This document shows, one piece after another, positions 11,664 through 21,616 of a stretch of DNA of 64,000 bases. Below the pieces are notes generated by a model. That model worked only from the letters and a program-made list of their open reading frames with translations, had not been told where the DNA came from and did no database searches. Where the stretch lies: positions 13,794 through 77,793 of the forward strand of contig WFSG01000032.1 of assembly GCA_015486075.1 (NCBI GenBank), given 5' to 3'. The position numbers and the translations under genes were made by a program. The DNA is from Deltaproteobacteria bacterium. Its GTDB lineage: Bacteria; Desulfobacterota; Desulfomonilia; UBA1062. Positions within the stretch are counted from its first letter, which is position 1; each line of letters starts with the position of its first letter.

Positions 11664-11951
11664 TTGTGGTTACGGCGCTTAAGGCATTCCTATCTAGGCC
11701 TGGCAGCAGTAGATAAGTGCCTTATAATTAGTGGAGTCCTGGATGCTTCCAATCACTTGGCTTGCGGCTTATCAGGTCTCTACGATGTTATCCCCAGACC
11801 AGGGACTGATCCAACTGTGGAGGAACTTAAAACCTTTTGCAGCAGGCACTTGGCTGCTTATAAGATTCAAAGGAAGATTGTTTTTAGGTCCGAATTTATT
11901 GCTCACGCCCCTCGGAAAGATAATGAAATCGAGATTAAAGAAGGAATATAA
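11664..11951 (+). pseudogene. C-terminal remnant of an AMP-dependent synthetase/ligase (acyl-CoA ligase). No intact catalytic core upstream.
   Basis: The translation (VIPRPGTDPTVEELKTFCSRHLAAYKIQRKIVFRSEFI) matches the conserved C-terminal subdomain of adenylate-forming enzymes. The preceding 450 bp carry only out-of-frame fragments. Confidence 0.5.
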
Positions 11952-12059
11952 AAAGGTAGAATCTTAGTATACAATATGAATCCTTGACTTCCGGAGTTGA
12001 GATGGTGTAGGTTTGTCCGCTGTAATGCATGTATTGATGGGGGATCAGGGGTTTATTGT

Positions 12060-13031
12060 ATGAGAGAACTAAACTTGTTTCAGCCAGCACCTTATCTCAG
12101 GGGTCCTTATATACAAACCATACTTGCCAGCAACAGGGCACGTGCATGGGGCAAAAACCCCATGGTAGAAGTAGCCAAGGAAATGATCATTGATGCAGGT
12201 GACAGCATAAGACTCCAGGGTTTCTTTTCTCCCCAGCTTGGAAAAAGGACCAAGGGGCTAGTTATCCTTCTCCACGGATGGGAAGGTAGTGCTGAATCCT
12301 CCTATATACTGGGGACGGGTAGGTATATGTACACCAGAGGCTATTCCGTGTTTCGTCTGAATTTCAGGGACCACGGCGAGAGCCACCACCTTAACCAGGG
12401 CCTATTCTTTGCGAGCCTATTGAGCGAGGTCTTCAATGCAGTGAAAAGGGCTTCCTTGATTGAAGGTAATATACCTGTTTTTCTTGTCGGTTTCTCACTT
12501 GGTGGGAACTTTGCACTAAGGATAGCCCGCATGTGTTCAAGTGAACCCATTGAGCGACTGAGGCACGTGGTAGCCATAAGCCCTGTGCTAGACCCGAACA
12601 AGTCTACCCGTGTGCTTGATTCAAACTGGTTTTTCAGGTGGTATTTTCTCAACAAATGGCGTCAGTCTTTAAAGAAGAAGCAAAGGCTGTTTCCTGAAAG
12701 ATATGACTTTACAAATGTACTGTCATTGGACTCTTGCATTGAGATTACCGAAATCTTGCTTAAACTCTATAGTCCGTATAAATCTATCAAGGAGTACTTT
12801 AGTACCTATACAATAACAGGTAAGGCACTGGGACATCTTGACATCCCTACCACCATAATCACTTCGAAGGATGATCCCTTGATACCTGTAGATGATTTTT
12901 ATAGGCTTGATTTGAATAACAACATAGAGCTTATAATTCATTCTTATGGTGGTCACAACGGGTTTATTGAAAGGCTCCCCAGTACATTCTGGTACGAGGG
13001 TAAACTTTTGGAGATCTTTGAAAAGCATTGA
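12060..13031 (+). CDS. YheT-type alpha/beta-fold hydrolase.
   Basis: N-terminal FQPAPYLRGPYIQTIL motif typical of the YheT family. Nucleophile elbow GFSLGGN. Confidence 0.65.
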   Translation: MRELNLFQPAPYLRGPYIQTILASNRARAWGKNPMVEVAKEMIIDAGDSIRLQGFFSPQLGKRTKGLVILLHGWEGSAESSYILGTGRYMYTRGYSVFRLNFRDHGESHHLNQGLFFASLLSEVFNAVKRASLIEGNIPVFLVGFSLGGNFALRIARMCSSEPIERLRHVVAISPVLDPNKSTRVLDSNWFFRWYFLNKWRQSLKKKQRLFPERYDFTNVLSLDSCIEITEILLKLYSPYKSIKEYFSTYTITGKALGHLDIPTTIITSKDDPLIPVDDFYRLDLNNNIELIIHSYGGHNGFIERLPSTFWYEGKLLEIFEKH

Positions 13032-13151
13032 TGCAAGTAGGCTACTATACAGGACTCGGCCATTTTAAAACCATTGAGATATGGAATATCTTATACAATC
13101 ATGAAATTGACTAGAGAATATTCTATCCATTGATCATGGAGGTAATATGTA

Positions 13152-14102
13152 ATGAAGATATTATTTGCTGCGCCGAAGAATGCATGGGGAGGTTTCCTCG
13201 ACAAAATTCGCTCTAGGCTTCCACAACATGAGTTCGTTGCAACAGGAAGCTTCAAGATCGGTAGTCTTAAGGGCTTTGATGTGCTTATACCAACTATGGC
13301 CCGGGTCACAGCAGAGGTGATGGATACCACCCGATCCTTAAGGCTAATTCAGCAATGTGGTGCAGGGCTAGAGTTAGTGGACATCCAAGCGGCAATTAAA
13401 AGGGGTATCTGGGTGGCCAATGTTCCCACGGACAAGTGTGGTAACGCCGACTCTGTTGCAGAGCTCGGGATATACCTAATGATAGGCCTGTCCAGGGATG
13501 TGAAAGGTATGCATGCTGCTTTGCAAAACCGTAGGATGGGAGAACCTCTCGGTAGGGCACTCCTGGGTAAAACCGTTGGTATAATTGGTCTTGGTGGCAT
13601 TGGAAAGGCCTTGGCAAGAAGGCTAAGGACCTTTGGCGTTCACCTAGTGGGAATCAGGAGAAACCCTGATGATTCAACAAGAAAAGAACTAGGCCTAGAC
13701 TGGATAGGCGGAAAGGGAGACCTGGAAAGGTTGCTAAGGGAATCAGATTACGTGATACTTTGCCTTCCCCTTACAGATGAAAGTAGGAACATAATGAACA
13801 GTAAAACCATATCCTGCATGAAGCAGGGATCCTTCCTAATAAATCTCTCAAGGGGTGGCCTTGTTGACAGGTATGCATTGGAAGAAGCCCTTGCCCGGGG
13901 ACAGATAGCAGGGGCAGGTCTAGATGTCTTTTGGCAAGAACCACCTGAACCGAATGACCCGATATTTTCCTACAATGTAATGGCCACTCCTCATATAGGC
14001 GGATCTACAGATGTGTCCATAAGTGGCATTATGGAGGTCGTAGCAGAGAATATTCAGAGGCTAGAAAAGGGTAAGGAACCCCTTTACGTGAAATCGGGGT
14101 AA
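13152..14102 (+). CDS. D-isomer-specific 2-hydroxyacid dehydrogenase family protein.
   Basis: NAD-binding GIIGLGGIGKALARRL, catalytic region LSRGGLVD...ATPHIGGST. Confidence 0.85.
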   Translation: MKILFAAPKNAWGGFLDKIRSRLPQHEFVATGSFKIGSLKGFDVLIPTMARVTAEVMDTTRSLRLIQQCGAGLELVDIQAAIKRGIWVANVPTDKCGNADSVAELGIYLMIGLSRDVKGMHAALQNRRMGEPLGRALLGKTVGIIGLGGIGKALARRLRTFGVHLVGIRRNPDDSTRKELGLDWIGGKGDLERLLRESDYVILCLPLTDESRNIMNSKTISCMKQGSFLINLSRGGLVDRYALEEALARGQIAGAGLDVFWQEPPEPNDPIFSYNVMATPHIGGSTDVSISGIMEVVAENIQRLEKGKEPLYVKSG

Positions 14103-14312
14103 CAAAAAAATCAGGACAGCTGCCTGCTTCTCAAGCCTTAAATCCATCCTGATAATCCTAGCTACCCGAAAAGTCCCTGTGCGTAACCTATTATTGGCAG
14201 GCAATATGTTTGAATAATAATTCATAGATTATAATTATATATTGACAAAGTGAATATTGGTTTTATTATTTCGTGGTATTTTGATACTAGATTTTTATTG
14301 GGGGGCTATAGT

Positions 14313-14984
14313 TTGGATAACACCAGCTTACCACGCAGGCAAAGGGAAAGACTCAGGCATCGTCAGGAGATAATGGATGCGGCTTTAAGGCTTTTTTCCG
14401 AGAGAGGCTACCATAATGTCTCCATGCAGGAGATTGCAGACAAGTCAGAATTTTCCATAGGTAGCCTGTATAAGTTTTTCAAAAACAAGGAGGACCTTTA
14501 TAGGGCGATGGTCCTTGATCGTGCCTATGTGTTTCGCGATACACTCATGAAGGCCATAGAAAGACCCGGGGATGCAGTTGACAGGATGAAGAACTACATA
14601 AGGGCAAAGGGCGAGGTTTTTGCTGCCAATATATCTATGGTCAGGCTTTATCTAGAGGTGACGAGTGGTTCTCGTTTTAACCTGAAGGCAGGGTTTGATG
14701 AGGAGATACAGGGAATATACGAGGACTTCATGGATAGATTTGCATCTGTATTCAGTGAGGGCATTGAGAAAGGACTGTTCCATGCCTCTGACCCATACTA
14801 CATGGCGTTGGCCGTTGAAGGACTCACGAATGCGTTTCTCTTTCTATGGGCCGAGAAGCCAGAGAGACATCCATACGATAAGATTATACCTTTTATAGAG
14901 CATATTTTGCTTGAGGGTATACTTACGGGCAAGGCAAGGCAAAGGATATTAGGCGAATCAGGGTATAAAGCCCCAGGGTCCTAG
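14313..14984 (+). CDS. TetR family transcriptional regulator.
   Basis: N-terminal HTH (RQEIMDAALRLFSERGYHNVSMQEIADKSEFSIGSLYKFF). Start placed at a TTG preceded by a GGGGGG SD. The longer ORF from 14250 is possible but overlaps promoter-like sequence. Confidence 0.7.
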   Translation: MDNTSLPRRQRERLRHRQEIMDAALRLFSERGYHNVSMQEIADKSEFSIGSLYKFFKNKEDLYRAMVLDRAYVFRDTLMKAIERPGDAVDRMKNYIRAKGEVFAANISMVRLYLEVTSGSRFNLKAGFDEEIQGIYEDFMDRFASVFSEGIEKGLFHASDPYYMALAVEGLTNAFLFLWAEKPERHPYDKIIPFIEHILLEGILTGKARQRILGESGYKAPGS

Positions 14985-15024
14985 GGGTTTTATGAAGGTG
15001 GTAGATTATGGAGGTTTATGTGGG

Positions 15025-16356
15025 ATGATAAAACAAGTATATAGATTTAATACCATAATAGGCTTGATCTTGGCTGTAACAATCATGATTACCATTCCGG
15101 CCATAAAAGCAGACGCTCAGGGAAGGAGTGTGCTTACATTGGAACAAGCTGTTCGGGAAGGTATCAAGAACAATACACTTATCAAGGAGATGATAGCAAA
15201 GGAGAAGGCTGCCATTGCCGGAGAGAGAAGCACCCGTGCAGACCTATTCCCAAAACTCACCACCACCTACACGTTTGCCCACTTAAAAGACAGGCCTTAC
15301 GCATACTTTGGACCATACAAGTTTGACGTGTCAAAGAGAGATAATATATCGTGGGATTTCACCATTACACAACCCCTCTTTACTGGATTTGCCCTTATTA
15401 CAAGGCAAAAGATTGCCTCTCTCGGCATTGATCTGCAGGATATAGAAAAAGAACAAGCAGTTCTTGACATTGCAAAGCAGGTGAAGATCAGCTATTTTCA
15501 GGTGCTACTTGCAAGGAGGGCACTTGAGGTAGCTACTGAGGAGGTCAAGCAGCTAGAAAACCATGCCAAGGATGCTAAGCATCTGTATGATGAGGGCGTG
15601 ATACCTTACAATGACTACTTGAAATCCGAGGTTGCACTTGCACAGTCTCGCCAAGGTCGTGTAAGGGCAGAAAGTGATCTTAAGATAACCATTTCTGCAC
15701 TTAACACGTTGCTTAGGCGCGGCATCATGGAAGAAACAGTAGTGAAAGAACTGCCACCATTTCAACCCAGGCATTATGATATATCTAGGCTTTTTGACCA
15801 GGCGATCCATGAGAGGCCAGAACTCAGGGCATTAAGGATTGCCCTAAGGCAGGCGGAACTTGGGGTCAAGCTTGCAAGGAGCCAGTATTATCCCAAGATA
15901 TACCTTATGGGACGCTACGAGAGAGATGGTGATAATCTCCTTGCATCAAACAATGATTTCGCAAACCAGCATAATGCAAGCGTAGGTATCCAGATTTCAT
16001 GGCCCTTGTTTGAAAGCGGTAAAAAGCACGCAGATGTAACCAGGGCAATATCACAGGAACAGGTGCTAAAAGAACGTATAAAGGGCATACAGGATAGCAT
16101 ACTTCTAGAGGTCAGATCTGCATATCAGAGGCTCAAAGTTGCCGAGAAAAACATACAGACAGCACGAGAAGCCCTTTACCAGGCCAAGGAAAACTTTAGG
16201 ATCACCAACCTGCAGTACCGGCAGGAAACAACCACTTCAACCGAGGTGCTGGATGCAAGGACTTTTCTTACACAGGCCGAGGTCAACTATCACAAGGCAC
16301 TTTACGGCTATAGGATAGCAGAGGCAGAGCTGATGAGGGCCGTTGGCAAGATGTGA
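15025..16356 (+). CDS. TolC-like outer-membrane efflux protein.
   Basis: Signal peptide after the GGAGG-N10-ATG start. Two-repeat outer-membrane factor pattern (LTLEQAV...; ...YQAKENFRITNLQYR). Confidence 0.75.
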   Translation: MIKQVYRFNTIIGLILAVTIMITIPAIKADAQGRSVLTLEQAVREGIKNNTLIKEMIAKEKAAIAGERSTRADLFPKLTTTYTFAHLKDRPYAYFGPYKFDVSKRDNISWDFTITQPLFTGFALITRQKIASLGIDLQDIEKEQAVLDIAKQVKISYFQVLLARRALEVATEEVKQLENHAKDAKHLYDEGVIPYNDYLKSEVALAQSRQGRVRAESDLKITISALNTLLRRGIMEETVVKELPPFQPRHYDISRLFDQAIHERPELRALRIALRQAELGVKLARSQYYPKIYLMGRYERDGDNLLASNNDFANQHNASVGIQISWPLFESGKKHADVTRAISQEQVLKERIKGIQDSILLEVRSAYQRLKVAEKNIQTAREALYQAKENFRITNLQYRQETTTSTEVLDARTFLTQAEVNYHKALYGYRIAEAELMRAVGKM

Positions 16357-16372
16357 TATAGGAAAGTAATGT

Positions 16373-16624
16373 ATGAAAAGACGCAATGTTGAGGATAACA
16401 AGACAACATGGATTGTTGGGGTCCTTGTATTGACATGTATTGTAGGGGCCTTGTTCAACTTTGATGACAACATTCACTACTTTTTTGGGTTTTACCCAAT
16501 GGCCATATCCAAGATAGTAGATGCCAAGGTATGGAATCTACTTGGCCTTACAATGTTGGGTGGGCTACTGCTTTCTAGTATGGTGCTGGTACCCACTATT
16601 CTATTGCCATCTCGAACTCAGTAA
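16373..16624 (+). CDS. Small hypothetical membrane protein (83 aa).
   Basis: Two hydrophobic segments. No family recognised. Confidence 0.3.
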   Translation: MKRRNVEDNKTTWIVGVLVLTCIVGALFNFDDNIHYFFGFYPMAISKIVDAKVWNLLGLTMLGGLLLSSMVLVPTILLPSRTQ

Positions 16625-16869
16625 CATGAGGAGAGCGAAGAAATGAAGCTTTTTTGTCATCTACGATGTGAGCTTCGCCAAAATTGGATACAGCACTATA
16701 GCCGAGATTTAATTATGCACTTGGTATCGTGGCAGACGATGATAAGGAAGAAGGTATCAGGGAGGCATTGAGACATGTTATAGAACCATTCAATGATGTA
16801 AATTACCAGGTAATTAGCTTAAGTGAGGGACACACAAGTTAAAAAGCATAAGAAAGCAGCGGGTAGGGG

Positions 16870-17979
16870 ATGAAGCAACTTAACTCGATACTAGTGAAGC
16901 CTGCCGGGCCTGACTGTAACATGGCCTGTACGTACTGTTTTTATTCATCAAAGGCAGCTCTGTTCGGTGGTAATAAGCACAGGATGGCAGATGATGTGCT
17001 TGAGAACCTGATCCGTCAGGCCATGAGGCAGGCAGGAAAACAAATATCTTTTGCATGGCAGGGTGGAGAGCCCACACTAATGGGCCTTCCATTTTTTGAA
17101 AAAGTCGTGTCTTATGAGCAAGACTACGGTAAAGGACAGGTAGTTGGAAATGGCTTGCAGACAAATGGGATTTTAATAGATCGCAACTGGGCAAGGTTCT
17201 TAAGGGAATACAACTTTCTTGTTGGCTTATCCATTGATGGGCCCAGGCATATACACGATCGTTACAGGGTGATGGGCGACGGAAAGGGATCATTCTCGAA
17301 AGTAGTCGACAGGGCAAAGCTCTTGCTTGATAGCGGAGTGGCTGTAAATGCGCTTAGCGTTATAACCGATTACTCTGCTGATTTTGCCGACGAGATATAC
17401 GAATTCAACAGGGACCTTGGACTCAGGTACATGCAATTCATGCCATGTGTTGAAAGAGATCCCGTTTACGTGCACAGGGCGGCACCGTTTTCCGTGCCGG
17501 CTGTAAAATACGGGCAGTTCCTTTGCAGGATATTTGATCTGTGGCTGGCCGATTTCTCGCGCGGTAGGCCAACCACCTCTATACGGTTTTTCGAGTCCGT
17601 TCTTTTCAGGTACGCACAAATGGAGCCTCCAGAGTGCACTCTGCTCAAAGAATGCGGGGTCTACGTGGTTGTAGAGCACACGGGAGATGTGTATTCATGC
17701 GATTTTTTTGTTGAGCCCCAGTGGAAGCTCGGTAACATTGCCAAACATAGACTTATAGATCTCCTGAATTCAGACAAGCAAGAATCCTTTGGAAAGATGA
17801 AGGCAAGGTTGCCAGACGTGTGCAGGGAGTGCAGGTGGCTAGATTACTGCAGGGGAGGATGCATAAAGGACAGGATCCGCGATCCAGAGGATAATGGGCT
17901 GAACCATTTTTGCGAGTCATTCAAGATGTTCTTTGAACACGCAGATGCAAAACTTAGGATTCTAGCATCGGGCGTCTAG
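16870..17979 (+). CDS. Radical SAM/SPASM anaerobic sulfatase-maturating enzyme (anSME).
   Basis: CNMACTYCFY radical-SAM cluster motif. C-terminal SPASM cysteines (CDFF...C; CRECRWLDYCRGGC). Confidence 0.8.
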   Translation: MKQLNSILVKPAGPDCNMACTYCFYSSKAALFGGNKHRMADDVLENLIRQAMRQAGKQISFAWQGGEPTLMGLPFFEKVVSYEQDYGKGQVVGNGLQTNGILIDRNWARFLREYNFLVGLSIDGPRHIHDRYRVMGDGKGSFSKVVDRAKLLLDSGVAVNALSVITDYSADFADEIYEFNRDLGLRYMQFMPCVERDPVYVHRAAPFSVPAVKYGQFLCRIFDLWLADFSRGRPTTSIRFFESVLFRYAQMEPPECTLLKECGVYVVVEHTGDVYSCDFFVEPQWKLGNIAKHRLIDLLNSDKQESFGKMKARLPDVCRECRWLDYCRGGCIKDRIRDPEDNGLNHFCESFKMFFEHADAKLRILASGV

Positions 17980-18042
17980 TTTGAACATGCAGCTATGACT
18001 TTTCTTTTCTGCACCCAACTCATCTTGGGTACATAGGATATG

Positions 18043-18624
18043 TCAGAGAAATATAGCCCTGTATACACGTACGAAGAAGTAAAACCAGTGAACTCCACCC
18101 TCCCAAATAAGGGAGCAGTAGAATGCTATCAGTGATATTACCATTGCAGATATGGGTAGGGCGGTCACTACCTTTACCTGCTCACCTGTTCTCCCCTTAA
18201 AGATTATTCTACAGATAATTTCGCATGCCCCCATGAGGCCAAGCGAGCCAAGGATAACCATCACATGCAACTGGTTCAGCGCATAGTATAGTGTTTTACC
18301 CAGCGTAAAGTACAAGCTTACCCTGATCTCTTCCTTTATGATCCATATGATTGGCGTGACAAGTGATGCTACTATCCTTTCCGTGGCGCTAGCTCCCCTG
18401 AAGTAGGCCATAGGGTATATTAGGAGGCTACCAAATCCTATGCTCAAGAACATGACTATGCCAGACGCGTCTGCCAGGAAGTAGTGAAGGCTTGCAGATC
18501 CCACCTTGGCCGAGTTCCAGTACACAAGAGTAGATGCAATCCAGGTTATGAGCACTATGGACGTAGGGTATACAAACCTTTTCGCAAAGGAAGCCTTTAT
18601 TATATAATCGCTTCTTTCGTTCAT
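18043..18624 (-). CDS. Hypothetical 6-TM membrane protein, co-transcribed with the sulfatase.
   Basis: ATGA overlap with the sulfatase stop. Several hydrophobic helices. Confidence 0.55.
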   Translation of the reverse strand: MNERSDYIIKASFAKRFVYPTSIVLITWIASTLVYWNSAKVGSASLHYFLADASGIVMFLSIGFGSLLIYPMAYFRGASATERIVASLVTPIIWIIKEEIRVSLYFTLGKTLYYALNQLHVMVILGSLGLMGACEIICRIIFKGRTGEQVKVVTALPISAMVISLIAFYCSLIWEGGVHWFYFFVRVYRAIFL

Positions 18625-20042
18625 AGCCTCACCCCCTGTTTCAACTGGGCGAGCATTTTCTTTAGTTCTGGAAGCCTTTTCATGCCCTCTGGAGTTTCTA
18701 TGATATTGTGGTATTCGTGGGGATCGTTTGCCAGGTCGAACAGCTCGGCAGGTTTCTTGCCACTGTACTCTATGTATTTGTATTTATCTGTCCTTATGCC
18801 ATTCATTTCAGGTACCTGGTATGGGTAGTCCTCGAAATACTCGTATAACCAAGCCTTTCTCCAGGCTATCCTGCTGTTGTTAAGTACGGGTTTTATACTG
18901 ATGCCCTCCATGTTTTTTGGTATATCTACCCCGGCCAGGTCCAGCAGGGTTGGTGCAACGTCTATATTCAGCACCATGTTGGGTATGCGCCTACCAGGAT
19001 TCTTGATGTGGCCTGGATAGCGGACAATGAAAGGTATCCTTATTGACTCCTCATATGGCCAGCGTTTATCTACCAGGTGGTGCTCACCCCAGAAATAACC
19101 ATTATCAGTGGTATATATAATCACCGTGTTGTCACTTAGACCCAGCTGATCCAGTCTCTTGACCAGTCTTCCTATTTGTTGGTCAAGTGCCACTATGGTC
19201 TCGCAGTACCTCCTGTAGAGGTAATCTAGTTTGCCAATTGTACCATACCATATGGCCCCGTCTACCCAGGTACACCATGGGTCTGCCTCCTTGGGCAGGT
19301 GCAGCTTAACGTCTTTATACAGGCCCTTTAATTCAGGCGGTGGTAGAAACTGATGATGCACTGCCTTGTGAGAGAGGTATAAGCAGAAGGGATTGTCCCT
19401 TTTCCTTGAGATGAATTCCAGTGCAAAATCCGTTAGGTCCTCTGTGATATACTTGCCAGGCCTTGGGGTCTCGACCCCGTTTATGATAAGGGGACAATCA
19501 AAGTAACGACCCTGTCCCTGCTGTATGGTGAATGTTATAAACTCGTCAACACCCCTTAGGTGAGGCAGGTGCCCTGGCATGTGCCATTTGCCTATGAATG
19601 CTGTGTCGTAGCCTGCTTCCTTGAGTATCTCGAGTAGAGTCACATTGCTATCCTTCCAGGTTGTGATGTTGTTTTTTACACCATGGGTATGTGCGTACTG
19701 CCCAGTAAGGAAACTAGCTCTGGACGGGCTGCAGAGAGAAGTGGTAACAAACGCGTTTTCAAAGAGTACACCTTGATTGGCAAGCCTGTCCATGTTTGGT
19801 GTCTTTATAAATGGATGGCCCATGCAGCTTAGGCAATCCCACCTGTGGTCATCCGATAGTATGAAGACAATGTTCGGCTTTTTCTCTTTGGCAAACAAGA
19901 GCGTTGGAAAGGCTTGGCTAGCCAGGCCTGCCGCGAGTGCCCCACCCATGGTTTTTATGGCTTGTCTCCTGGTAATAGGTTCTTTAATGATACTTCTCCT
20001 GGTCTTTGCCATTAAGGGCCTCCTTAATTTATAAGTAATCAT
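18621..20042 (-). CDS. Cys-type sulfatase (arylsulfatase family) with a Tat signal peptide.
   Basis: Sulfatase signature SLCSPSRASFLTGQY (C-x-P-x-R). N-terminal RRQAIKTMGGALAAGLA twin-arginine signal. Confidence 0.9.
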   Translation of the reverse strand: MITYKLRRPLMAKTRRSIIKEPITRRQAIKTMGGALAAGLASQAFPTLLFAKEKKPNIVFILSDDHRWDCLSCMGHPFIKTPNMDRLANQGVLFENAFVTTSLCSPSRASFLTGQYAHTHGVKNNITTWKDSNVTLLEILKEAGYDTAFIGKWHMPGHLPHLRGVDEFITFTIQQGQGRYFDCPLIINGVETPRPGKYITEDLTDFALEFISRKRDNPFCLYLSHKAVHHQFLPPPELKGLYKDVKLHLPKEADPWCTWVDGAIWYGTIGKLDYLYRRYCETIVALDQQIGRLVKRLDQLGLSDNTVIIYTTDNGYFWGEHHLVDKRWPYEESIRIPFIVRYPGHIKNPGRRIPNMVLNIDVAPTLLDLAGVDIPKNMEGISIKPVLNNSRIAWRKAWLYEYFEDYPYQVPEMNGIRTDKYKYIEYSGKKPAELFDLANDPHEYHNIIETPEGMKRLPELKKMLAQLKQGVRL

Positions 20043-20196
20043 TTCAATAAATTTATATCTCTGCTGCTGAAATTAAAATTATTGCTGCCCAAACAAATGT
20101 CAAGGGTATTAATGTATTTTTTGGTTTCAAGACAACACAATGTATTTTTTATTTCTATTTTATTTCCTGGTTTCAATCTGGCCACTGATCTGTTAT

Positions 20197-20805
20197 ATGA
20201 AAGACATGAAAGTACGTTCCTGGATGATATCAGATGTTGTGACCATTGGGTCAGATGCGGGTATTAGAGAGGCTCTGGAGGTGATGAAAAGGTATTCTAT
20301 AAGACATCTGCCCGTGGTGGATAATGGTGAGTTTGTTGGCCTTGTGACCCTTGGGGACCTAAAGCAAGCGATACTTGCATCCATGCTAGAGCAACTAAAA
20401 GTCCATGACGTTATGATCCATGAGCCTTACACAACCTCGGCAGACAGGACACTAGAGAGTGCAGCAATGGTTATATATGAAAAGAACATAGGTTGCCTGC
20501 CTGTACTTGAAGGCAAGAGATTGGTCGGCATCATTACTGTCAACGATATCCTAAAGGCTTTTATCGATATAATGGGTGTGCTAAAGGCAGGATCCCGGAT
20601 AGACGTGGTCTTAAAACGCATACCAGGTTCTTTTGACGAGGTAATCTCTATAATAGAAGCAAAGGGTGGTTTCGTTATAAGCGTTGGCATGTCAATAAAC
20701 GGGGAGAACCCCATACATCATTTCAGAATCTCAGGTGGCAACATTGAGGCAATGGCACAGGAATTGAGGGACCTTGGTTACAGAAAGGTTGAATTCATAG
20801 AGTAG
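20197..20805 (+). CDS. CBS-pair domain protein with a C-terminal ACT-like region.
   Basis: Two CBS motifs (VMKRYSIRHLPVVD; IYEKNIGCLPVLE). Confidence 0.7.
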   Translation: MKDMKVRSWMISDVVTIGSDAGIREALEVMKRYSIRHLPVVDNGEFVGLVTLGDLKQAILASMLEQLKVHDVMIHEPYTTSADRTLESAAMVIYEKNIGCLPVLEGKRLVGIITVNDILKAFIDIMGVLKAGSRIDVVLKRIPGSFDEVISIIEAKGGFVISVGMSINGENPIHHFRISGGNIEAMAQELRDLGYRKVEFIE

Positions 20806-21091
20806 TAGTTAATCCCAGAGAGGCCACGATCTCTTCAGGCCGTTTTCCCTTCACCAGTATTGCCTTGTTTCTTGACCTCTCCCCACGGACAATGGATATG
20901 TTTGACTTGGCTGTATTAAGCCGCTTCGAGATATACTTTAAGAGTGCCATGTTGGCCTTGCCATGTACCGGTGGGCTGGTTAGGTATATGTGAAGCTGGT
21001 CGTTCTTGATCTCCCCTATGGCATCTCTTTTTGCATTGGGGTGAACCTTGAATGAGATTAAACTAGATCCGCCCTGTTCTCTTATCCACAT
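20795..21091 (-). CDS. yggU: DUF167/YggU family protein.
   Basis: Pattern SFKVHPNAKRD...HGKANMAL...IVRGERSRNK, typical of UPF0235. Confidence 0.6.
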   Translation of the reverse strand: MWIREQGGSSLISFKVHPNAKRDAIGEIKNDQLHIYLTSPPVHGKANMALLKYISKRLNTAKSNISIVRGERSRNKAILVKGKRPEEIVASLGLTTTL

Positions 21092-21147
21092 GTTTTTAGT
21101 ACCTCTATGGATGTTAAACCTAGTTGGCTAAAGCTAGGTAGATATCA

Positions 21148-21459
21148 TTAAAATCCGCCAGCCTTTATACGTATGCCCGTCTCAATCAGCGACCTAGCAA
21201 GCGCTGTATCCAGGAATACTATGATAGCGATAACCACAACGGGGGAAAGGTCAAACCCTCCTATTCTTAAAGGTAATCTTCGCCTGAACCATAAGAAAAC
21301 CGGCTCTGTAGCGCTGTAAAGGAACCTAACGATAGGATTATAAGGGTCGGGATTGACCCAGCTCAGAAGTGCGGCTATTATCACTATCCACATGTAAAGG
21401 TTCAGCAGTAGATGTAGCAGTTGCCCAAACCCTATTATGATGTTTGCTACTACGAACAT
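21148..21459 (-). CDS. yggT: YggT family membrane protein.
   Basis: LSWVNPDPYNPIVRFLYSATEP...LDLSP pattern. Adjacent to yggU as in the conserved yggSTU locus. Confidence 0.6.
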   Translation of the reverse strand: MFVVANIIIGFGQLLHLLLNLYMWIVIIAALLSWVNPDPYNPIVRFLYSATEPVFLWFRRRLPLRIGGFDLSPVVVIAIIVFLDTALARSLIETGIRIKAGGF

Positions 21460-21616
21460 TGTCGAGCGTGCCTCTCCAAATAGTTTTTATATTATTGTCT
21501 TAGTTATACATCTTTATGCATCTCTTTCAAGCTGTTGTTTGCAACCCTTGCATGATAGCCTGTGTGTTTACCATCAAAGCATTGCGATACCATTAAAGGT
21601 CTGCTAAACCTTAGCT

